DNA of 11,057 nucleotides from a virus (Duplodnaviria; Heunggongvirae; Uroviricota; Caudoviricetes): IMG/VR virus record IMGVR_UViG_2923360383_000006; one strand, 5' to 3'. Shown piece by piece: positions 5,522 to 11,057 of this stretch (position 1 is its first letter; each line of letters starts with the position of its first letter). The notes under the pieces were generated by a model. It saw only the letters and a program-made list of their open reading frames with translations, ran no database searches and was not told where the DNA came from. The position numbers and the translations under genes were made by a program.

Positions 5522-7339
5522 TTAATTTTTGCTATCGTCATTAGTGACCGATACACATGATGGCATCCAGTCTTCTGATTCCTCCGTCAGTGTCACGTTT
5601 GAACGCAAACCGTGCTTCGTTTTCCGTTTCATATACTCCCTGCCATATTCCGCCATTGCCCCCGGCATATCTTTACCGAAGCGCGTCAGTGTTACAGGTT
5701 TACCAAACCCATGTGCCTTCATATAAGCCAGATAGGCATGATAGAGATACCTGCGCGGGCTGAATGGCACAATTTCAGCATTACCCACTAACAGGCCATC
5801 ACACATTACCGACGCCATGAGATAGCCGCAGAAGTCCACCAGCGAATCACCTTCACGCTTTATCGCGAGTGCTTCTTCTGATTTCTGCTGCTCATATAAA
5901 AGGCGTCTGGCTTCGTCCTGGTCAGCAAACCGTGTAAGCAGATGACGAATCACTACCGCCAGCTCACCTTCTATTTTTTCCGCCAGCATTGAATCGCGTT
6001 CGTTCTCCGGTACAACTTCCGAAAAATTGAATATCACCCGACGACGTGAGATCCCCCCGCTGCGGTCACTGAATGACATGGCGTTATTGTTAACCGCCAG
6101 CACTACTGCCGGAATACGCGTTGAGTAGGGGGCTTTGTGTTTCGGGTCAATTGCCACCTTGTCACCGCCTGTAATGGCCTTAATCCCTGCCCCATCACCA
6201 GCGTAGCGGGTCATATCCGGCATGATAATCAGCGAAAAGCCAACCACTAACGCGCGTTCCCTTGCATCTTCCAGCGCCTTCATGCTTGCCGATACTGTGT
6301 TGGCCTTACCCGCCAGCATGGTGCAAATCTCCGCCATCACGCTTTTACCACTTCCCCCTGGACCTGTTACCTCAATGAATAACTGCCAGTCGTACCGGTT
6401 CGCCAGCACCATGAATAATGCAGCCAGTACGCGATCCGCCTTGCGGTCATTCTCAGCCACCGAACGGCGTAACCACTTCCAGAAATTCGGCGCATGTGTT
6501 GCCAGCGTTTCCCCCTCTGCTGGTGGGCTGAAAGGTAATTCACTGGCAATTAACAACCAGTCGTTTTTGTTATGCTCCCGAAAATTACCTGTTCTGGTAT
6601 CAAATACCCCGTTACTGAATCCAATCAGGTTACGGGCTGTATTCCCCATTACAGGCAAACTTAACTTCATGGTATCGACCGCCGATTTAATGGCGTTCTG
6701 CGAATAGCTGATCTCCGCATCAATGAAAATCTGCGCCATAGCACGCTGTAACTCTTTATCCTGAACCGGCTCCCATACAACGCCGTTGTAATGGTGAACA
6801 GTGTCAGAGTCGGCATGAATCGCCAGTTCACCGCCATAATGTGCCAGGAGAACTTCGCCGCGTTGACTTGCTCCCATCTGGTTAAGCGCCAGTGATGAAG
6901 CGTTATCGTCTTTTACCCGCTCTTTTTTCTTTACAGGCAGTTCAACTACCTTTTTCTTTTCCGCCAGCTCTGCCCGTTCACGTTCCAGATATTCACGCCA
7001 GTTCTCCCGTTTCTGGCTGTGCATTCCTTCAGGGTAATAATCAGCATCCCTGACACCTGCCACTGCCAGTTTCTGCCCGATGGTATTAACAAGCCCCGGA
7101 CGCAATAACCCCGCCTGATAGAGACGCACGCGATAGCGTCCGTCCGGTACGATTTGCAGGTTGTCCAGTTCGGCAAGTTGTTGCTCTCCAAGCCAGACAG
7201 GTGGCACGTTATCGCCAGCCAGTCGCCCGTCCTGTTCCTGCCACTGTTTCGCATGTGCCCACGCATCACTACCCGCAAAAATGATGACTTCCGTCATTTT
7301 GTCACGCGGCTGGTGTTTTAAATTTGGCGCTTTTTTCAT
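5522..7339 (-). CDS. Replication primase-helicase, P4 alpha family (D5_N-like region plus SF3 helicase)
   Basis: Walker A VTGPGGSGKS and downstream helicase-like motifs; region around GFSNGVFDTRTGNFREHNKNDWLL resembles D5_N. Preferred start is the ATG at 7339 (GGAGAG upstream, overlaps the orf99 stop); the track start at 7354 is GTG. The iteron origin is immediately downstream. Confidence 0.85.
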   Translation of the reverse strand: MKKAPNLKHQPRDKMTEVIIFAGSDAWAHAKQWQEQDGRLAGDNVPPVWLGEQQLAELDNLQIVPDGRYRVRLYQAGLLRPGLVNTIGQKLAVAGVRDADYYPEGMHSQKRENWREYLERERAELAEKKKVVELPVKKKERVKDDNASSLALNQMGASQRGEVLLAHYGGELAIHADSDTVHHYNGVVWEPVQDKELQRAMAQIFIDAEISYSQNAIKSAVDTMKLSLPVMGNTARNLIGFSNGVFDTRTGNFREHNKNDWLLIASELPFSPPAEGETLATHAPNFWKWLRRSVAENDRKADRVLAALFMVLANRYDWQLFIEVTGPGGSGKSVMAEICTMLAGKANTVSASMKALEDARERALVVGFSLIIMPDMTRYAGDGAGIKAITGGDKVAIDPKHKAPYSTRIPAVVLAVNNNAMSFSDRSGGISRRRVIFNFSEVVPENERDSMLAEKIEGELAVVIRHLLTRFADQDEARRLLYEQQKSEEALAIKREGDSLVDFCGYLMASVMCDGLLVGNAEIVPFSPRRYLYHAYLAYMKAHGFGKPVTLTRFGKDMPGAMAEYGREYMKRKTKHGLRSNVTLTEESEDWMPSCVSVTNDDSKN

Positions 7340-7635
7340 TTCTGCTCTCTCCACGCGGCAATCATGTTTTTCAGTTCCTGCAGTTTTTTATCCACATCCA
7401 CACGTGACACATGGTTATTTCTGGAAGTCGGGATTTCCCGCCGGAATCTGCTAATAAAGATCTCCACGTTCAGCGAACTATGAAATGAATAGCCATCACG
7501 AATAAAATACACACGGTCAAACATCAGTTCTTTTACCGTTACTCTGTTACCGTTCTTATCCAGATAAATAGCGCCGGGGATAATTTTGGGGTGTGCATAA
7601 CCGCTGGCAGTCAAGCCAGATAAATATGTTCTCAT
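7336..7635 (-). CDS. Hypothetical protein (99 aa), translationally coupled to the primase
   Basis: ATG at 7635 with GGGGA upstream; stop overlaps the primase ATG. No family recognised. Confidence 0.5.
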   Translation of the reverse strand: MRTYLSGLTASGYAHPKIIPGAIYLDKNGNRVTVKELMFDRVYFIRDGYSFHSSLNVEIFISRFRREIPTSRNNHVSRVDVDKKLQELKNMIAAWREQK

Positions 7636-7641
7636 GATTAT

Positions 7642-7962
7642 TTATCCCCGATTTGAATCAGTATTCGCTTTCTTTATGGCATTTAATGCATCTGTGGCAT
7701 TTTCAATGGTGCACCGTAACGAAATATCAAACTGCCCAAGCATTGCCAGTAACAAACCGATATTACCCATATCAATGCGCATGGCCTTTTCGTCATAGTC
7801 CTCATTTTCTGACGCATGCCACATCAGGCTACCAATTGACGCAACAGCCATTGATATATTGTCAGTAGCCCCATCCGCAGCGGAATAAACCTTTTTAGCA
7901 ATATCATGCTCACAGTTAAAATGCGGATTAATCAGGTACTGGTAATTTGACATATCAGGCAT
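7642..7962 (-). CDS. Hypothetical acidic protein (106 aa)
   Basis: Start overlaps the Icd-like ORF end by 8 nt; net acidic composition. Sits where P4-like elements carry anti-repressor-type genes, but no homology is asserted. Confidence 0.5.
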   Translation of the reverse strand: MPDMSNYQYLINPHFNCEHDIAKKVYSAADGATDNISMAVASIGSLMWHASENEDYDEKAMRIDMGNIGLLLAMLGQFDISLRCTIENATDALNAIKKANTDSNRG

Positions 7963-8158
7963 GGCATACCCCCTGACGAATACGGGCGGCGAATACCATC
8001 ACGCAGCCAGCCGGGGATTGCTGGCGTGCTTCCTGTTCGCTGGTGGCCTCAATGGTAATCACGCGCGGTTGTGCCGTGCTCAGGGCGATAAAACGCCAGA
8101 TGTATTTATTCAGGTTGTGCGAATCCCGCCCTTGCGGGTGTGTGGTATGATTTAACAT
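7955..8158 (-). CDS. Small protein (67 aa), possibly Icd-like host cell division inhibitor
   Basis: ATG at 8158 with GAGG 7 nt upstream; MLNHTTHPQGRDSHNLNKYIWRFIALSTAQPRVITIEATSEQEARQQSPAGCVMVFAARIRQGVCHA. The hydrophobic WRFIAL and FAARI segments resemble my recollection of Icd-like proteins. It is the terminal 67 codons of the implausible 221-aa track ORF 7955..8620. Confidence 0.45.
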   Translation of the reverse strand: MLNHTTHPQGRDSHNLNKYIWRFIALSTAQPRVITIEATSEQEARQQSPAGCVMVFAARIRQGVCHA

Positions 8159-8258
8159 AGCTACCTCGATACTATCGTTATCGTTGGTGGTTAGAAGCCC
8201 GGTTAGTGTTCCCGCACTACCGGGCTTCGCTGTATTTAATGGTTGCGTATTTTTAATG

Positions 8259-8303
8259 CGGTACGTACCATTTAATTTCAGTTTATAACGATGGTACGTA
8301 CCA
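8259..8303. promoter_or_regulatory. Paired palindromic operator candidates in a divergent control region
   Basis: CGGTACGTACCA at 8259-8270 and the perfect 12-bp palindrome TGGTACGTACCA at 8292-8303, centres 33 bp apart. The second abuts the orf60 start codon; both lie in the 146-bp gap between orf60 (plus) and the Icd-like operon (minus). Confidence 0.5.
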
Positions 8304-8486
8304 ATGCAAGAAGAAAATGTGAAACCAAAATTTGATCGCTCCGGCAGCACAAAGAAAAACATCCGCTTCGAAGACACATTGTTGCAACAAATTAACGAAG
8401 TTGCTGGGCCTGGTAATTTCAGCTCATGGGTAAAAAATGCTTGTCGTGATAAGCTACGCAAAGAAGGCATAGAACCCAAAGGCTGA
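8304..8486 (+). CDS. Small putative DNA-binding regulator (60 aa), candidate repressor
   Basis: Only convincing plus-strand gene among the island genes. MQEENVKPKFDRSGSTKKNIRFEDTLLQQINEVAGPGNFSSWVKNACRDKLRKEGIEPKG has a strand-helix pattern compatible with a ribbon-helix-helix fold. Palindromic operator at its start and a plus-strand terminator downstream; no obvious SD. Confidence 0.45.
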   Translation: MQEENVKPKFDRSGSTKKNIRFEDTLLQQINEVAGPGNFSSWVKNACRDKLRKEGIEPKG

Positions 8487-8579
8487 CAGCCAACCAGCAA
8501 GCCAGCACACTGATCACATTGCCCACCAGCCGCAAATGTGGCATTGTTGGTGATGCTTTTGTTTTCCCTTGTTCCCACT

Positions 8580-8610
8580 GGCGATCCTTTTGCGGTCGCC
8601 TTTGTTTTAT
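8580..8610 (+). terminator. Candidate intrinsic terminator for orf60
   Basis: Hairpin GGCGATCC-TTTT-GCGGTCGCC followed by TTTGTTTTAT on the plus strand; no U-tract on the minus strand. Confidence 0.4.
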
Positions 8611-8626
8611 GTGCCATCACTCCCCC

Positions 8627-8824
8627 TTACACCGTCTGCGTTCTGCGAGTGGATGCAAGATAAGCATCGAGATCAGTGCGCATATACAGCACTTTGCGCC
8701 CCAGCTTATGAAAAGGGATTTTTACCTTGCCAGTACACGCCCAGTTAGCAAGAGTCTGGACACTTACCCCCAAATGCTCGGCAGCTTCTTTGCGGGTCAT
8801 CTTTTCTAAATGCATGAGTATCAC
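8627..8824 (-). CDS. Excisionase-family HTH DNA-binding protein (AlpA/Vis/Xis-like)
   Basis: MTRKEAAEHLGVSVQTLANWACTGKVKIPFHKLGRKVLYMRTDLDAYL matches the MerR-like Xis/AlpA helix-turn-helix pattern. Start ambiguous: GTG at 8824 (AGAGG 6 nt upstream) or downstream ATGs at 8815 or 8800. Confidence 0.7.
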   Translation of the reverse strand: MILMHLEKMTRKEAAEHLGVSVQTLANWACTGKVKIPFHKLGRKVLYMRTDLDAYLASTRRTQTV

Positions 8825-8825
8825 C

Positions 8826-8855
8826 GTATACCTCTGATTAAGAACAGGTATACGT
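8826..8855. promoter_or_regulatory. 9-bp perfect inverted repeat over the HTH-regulator RBS
   Basis: CGTATACCT (8826-8834) and AGGTATACG (8847-8855), 12-bp spacer. On the minus-strand mRNA one arm contains the AGAGG Shine-Dalgarno. Confidence 0.4.
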
Positions 8856-8880
8856 TATTTAGCGACAGGGAACTCTTGAA

Positions 8881-8917
8881 GACAGGAAAACCAGATACAA
8901 AATCGCATATCTGGTTT
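8881..8917 (-). terminator. Intrinsic terminator after the int-orf228 unit
   Basis: Minus strand CCAGAUA-UGCGAUUUUG-UAUCUGG (extendable by A-U pairs) followed by UUUUCCUGUCUU, ~40 nt 3' of the orf228 stop. Confidence 0.45.
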
Positions 8918-8956
8918 ACCTGACTGAAATCTGGATTACAGGGGATAAAACTGGAT

Positions 8957-9643
8957 TTACTCTTTGTCTCCAATAACTAACTTAAAATCCCTGTTTTTTT
9001 GCGGGGATTTTGGATTCATCCCCGACTCCTTAAGCCATCTCTCTATAGTCCCAACTACAGGGACATCATTCCATTTATTGCGTAAGTGCGCGTATATCTC
9101 TGCAGATAGCCCGGGTAAACTGGCATTAGGGTATTTTTTCCAAGTGTTACAAGCTATAGATAACGCTGTTGATTTATGCCTGTTTGTTTTTCCTTTCTTT
9201 GCTTTACTACGGTCTTCACTGATAATTTTCTTTACATTAGCTATATCACGTACTGATTTTAATAAACTCTCCGACACTAAAACCGCATATCTTTCACGTA
9301 ACTGGTCTGCCAGTCTGTTGAAACCAAGAACTTCAAATATAATAGCAGCTTTCAAAACATCATTGAATTCTGAATATACACTATTAAATTTTTTATCAAT
9401 ATCATCACCATACCCAGCACATACAGAAATATTAACCTTTAAATCCTTATTTTCTATCTCTGACGATAATGATAATCTCTCCTCCAGAGACATTTTAGAT
9501 GGCGTGATATTTGCCATATCGCATATCGTTTTTTTTACAAAAGCAGACGCCAGCTCATCTCTAATATAATCTGCAATAGTATTAATATCCTTCGCATCAT
9601 TATGGTCAAATTCAATTGCAGCAATGATTTTATTTTCTGACAT
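8957..9643 (-). CDS. Hypothetical protein (228 aa), low-GC cargo gene between int and the HTH regulator
   Basis: ATG at 9643 with GGTGG upstream; overlaps the int stop by 14 nt. Markedly AT-rich relative to neighbours (by eye roughly one third GC versus about half). Possible HTH-like C-terminal segment (SLPGLSAEIYAHLRNKWNDVPVVGTIERWLKESG). No family recognised. Confidence 0.65.
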   Translation of the reverse strand: MSENKIIAAIEFDHNDAKDINTIADYIRDELASAFVKKTICDMANITPSKMSLEERLSLSSEIENKDLKVNISVCAGYGDDIDKKFNSVYSEFNDVLKAAIIFEVLGFNRLADQLRERYAVLVSESLLKSVRDIANVKKIISEDRSKAKKGKTNRHKSTALSIACNTWKKYPNASLPGLSAEIYAHLRNKWNDVPVVGTIERWLKESGMNPKSPQKNRDFKLVIGDKE

Positions 9644-11057
9644 TCAAACCACCATTTGAATTAACGATACTAAATAGTAATGCGCGCTTCTCACTGTCAC
9701 TCATACTCTCCAGTACAGAAAGCAATTGCGTATCGATAGATTTTTTACTCTCAACTAGCCCGGCATGTTCCAGAATTGCCCGTTCTATCCGTGATGCTGG
9801 CTCCAGCAATTCATCAGCACCAAAATGTAAATACCCCTGCGTTACGTCAGCACTTCGCATAGTACGGTGATTCATCAGGCGCTTGAGGATGTAATTGCCC
9901 ACGCCCACCAGTTCGGCAACCGTTCCGAACGTCCGGCGCGCATCGTGCCATTTGAATGGTACAGGGGAGAGCATTTCATCGTTCGACTCTGAAACGGTAG
10001 CCGCGCTTATCCGGTCTATGATGTGCCGTGTCTCCTGAATAACGCCCTTCACACCAGGAAACACCAGCACATCATCAGCAGCTTTGTTTTTTAGCCTGCG
10101 AAGAAACATTTTCCGCAACGTATCAGTGATCGGCAGTTCAAGCGGATCCCCGTTTTTCGTGGTATCTATCCAGAAAAAGCGACCGCCCATATTCACGCGA
10201 TCCCACGTAAGGCCAAAAATTTCTGATTTCCTCAGTCCGGTAAACAGTGCCATTTCCACGGCATCACATACCGTCACCGCTATATCATCCCTTTCCTGTT
10301 CGCCCTGGTCGCGCACAGCAGCTACAGCAGCAAACCAGCGGGGAAAATCATGCAGGCGGATACGTTCCGTTTTTCTTACCGTTCCGTGCCACTGGCGCTT
10401 GGTGCTCAGTACCAGAGTCGGCGGATCCGGTAAAAGAGTATTACCAGCATCATCACGGTAATGATCGTGCGCAAACCGACACACAGCACGCAGCGCACGC
10501 GCCCATAAATCGGCCTGTGCCTTGCTTCCTGTACCAACCCCAGCCCGTAACGTGGTTTTATCAGCACCGAACCATACAGCCCCGTCGGTGACGGCCTTAT
10601 GCCGCTGTTCCACACGTTCGCGGGTAATACTGGCGAGGGTATGAGCCATCCAGTCACCGGAATAATTCTGTAATATGCTGCGGTACTGTTTTTCTGTGGC
10701 GGGTTTAAGACGGTGGCCACGATTTTTTATGTAGGCTTCAAGTGCCTCACTCAGCGTTATCATGGCCTTGTTGTTCGTGCGCTTTGCTATGTTCGGATTT
10801 ATCCCCGTTGTGGCGACTTTGCCAAGGAGTTCCAAAGCTTTAGCCCTGGCATTATCCACGCTCAGATCAGGAAAACGCCCCAGCGTGGCACGAATAAATT
10901 TTCCGTTACGCTTACGGGAAATGCAGAAACTTTTCACACCTGACGAACCTACACGGACACGCAACCCGTTAACCTCCGTATCACCGTATTCGACCTGTCC
11001 ATGTTCCGGCGTTGGTAGTTCTGCAATTTTTACTTTAGAGAATCTGAATAATTTCAC
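9630..11057 (-). CDS. int: Tyrosine recombinase/integrase with N-terminal arm-binding (DUF4102-like) domain; 5' end at window edge
   Basis: N-terminal pattern KIAELPTPEHGQVEYGDTEVNGLRVRVGSSGVKSF...LSVDNARAKALELL resembles P4/IntA-type arm domains. Catalytic-domain motifs TGLRKSE (Arg), HDARRTFGT (H-x-x-R), GYLHF (Tyr). The ORF is open to the last codon (GTG); the true start may lie just beyond the window. Confidence 0.9.
   Translation of the reverse strand: MKLFRFSKVKIAELPTPEHGQVEYGDTEVNGLRVRVGSSGVKSFCISRKRNGKFIRATLGRFPDLSVDNARAKALELLGKVATTGINPNIAKRTNNKAMITLSEALEAYIKNRGHRLKPATEKQYRSILQNYSGDWMAHTLASITRERVEQRHKAVTDGAVWFGADKTTLRAGVGTGSKAQADLWARALRAVCRFAHDHYRDDAGNTLLPDPPTLVLSTKRQWHGTVRKTERIRLHDFPRWFAAVAAVRDQGEQERDDIAVTVCDAVEMALFTGLRKSEIFGLTWDRVNMGGRFFWIDTTKNGDPLELPITDTLRKMFLRRLKNKAADDVLVFPGVKGVIQETRHIIDRISAATVSESNDEMLSPVPFKWHDARRTFGTVAELVGVGNYILKRLMNHRTMRSADVTQGYLHFGADELLEPASRIERAILEHAGLVESKKSIDTQLLSVLESMSDSEKRALLFSIVNSNGGLNVRK

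Larger units (their letters stand above)
1000..11057. mobile_element. Phage satellite (PICI / P4-like island), partial; minimum extent, boundaries not determined
   Basis: Co-directional array int, HTH regulator, primase-helicase, iteron ori, SSB, protease-capsid fusion, Nu1-like TerS with lambda-like cos. No sid/psu/delta, portal, large terminase or tail genes seen. Integrase ORF is still open at the window edge; no att repeat or tRNA found. Confidence 0.7.

Noticed and set aside
2294-7454. Antisense or overlapping ORFs inside the capsid, SSB and primase genes (e.g. 2294..2500, 3278..3526, 4580..4972, 6222..6707, 7161..7454)
   Set aside because: All are embedded in longer, well-supported minus-strand genes with recognisable domains; treated as frame artefacts.
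7955-8620. 221-aa minus-strand ORF from the track
   Set aside because: The upstream ~150 codons have non-protein-like composition (Cys/Ser/Thr/Gly-rich, no RBS) and overlap the better-supported plus-strand orf60, its operators and its terminator. Only the last 67 codons, with their own RBS, are plausible (reported as Icd-like).
1-11057. CRISPR arrays, tRNA/tmRNA genes, IS elements
   Set aside because: No regularly spaced direct repeats with unique spacers, no cloverleaf-compatible segment, and no transposase ORF or terminal inverted repeats were found by eye. A computational tRNA/CRISPR scan was not possible and would be the proper check.
1000-11057. Classification as a canonical P4 satellite
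   Set aside because: P4-type primase and iterons are present, but no sid/psu/delta capsid-redirection or late-activator genes are visible, and packaging uses a lambda-type cos with Nu1-like TerS rather than a P2-type cos. The element is better described as a PICI-like hybrid.

Overview
The window looks like most of an integrated phage satellite (E. coli-type PICI / P4-like island), with nearly every gene on the minus strand. Reading right to left: tyrosine integrase (runs off the right edge), a low-GC 228-aa cargo gene, an excisionase-family HTH regulator, a divergent switch region with a small plus-strand regulator, an Icd-like/orf106/orf99/primase-helicase operon, an iteron origin, an orf81-SSB pair, a fused ClpP-protease/HK97-type capsid gene, and a Nu1-like small terminase. 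The most striking observation is an 80-nt element present twice in direct orientation (1923-2002 and 4458-4537) that matches, from memory, the lambda cosQ-cosN junction; the two copies flank the capsid gene. The left ~1 kb is hairpin-rich non-coding DNA plus one small hydrophobic ORF; no att site, tRNA or CRISPR array was identified. All family assignments rest on motif recognition by eye and recollection of reference sequences; no database search or folding was run.
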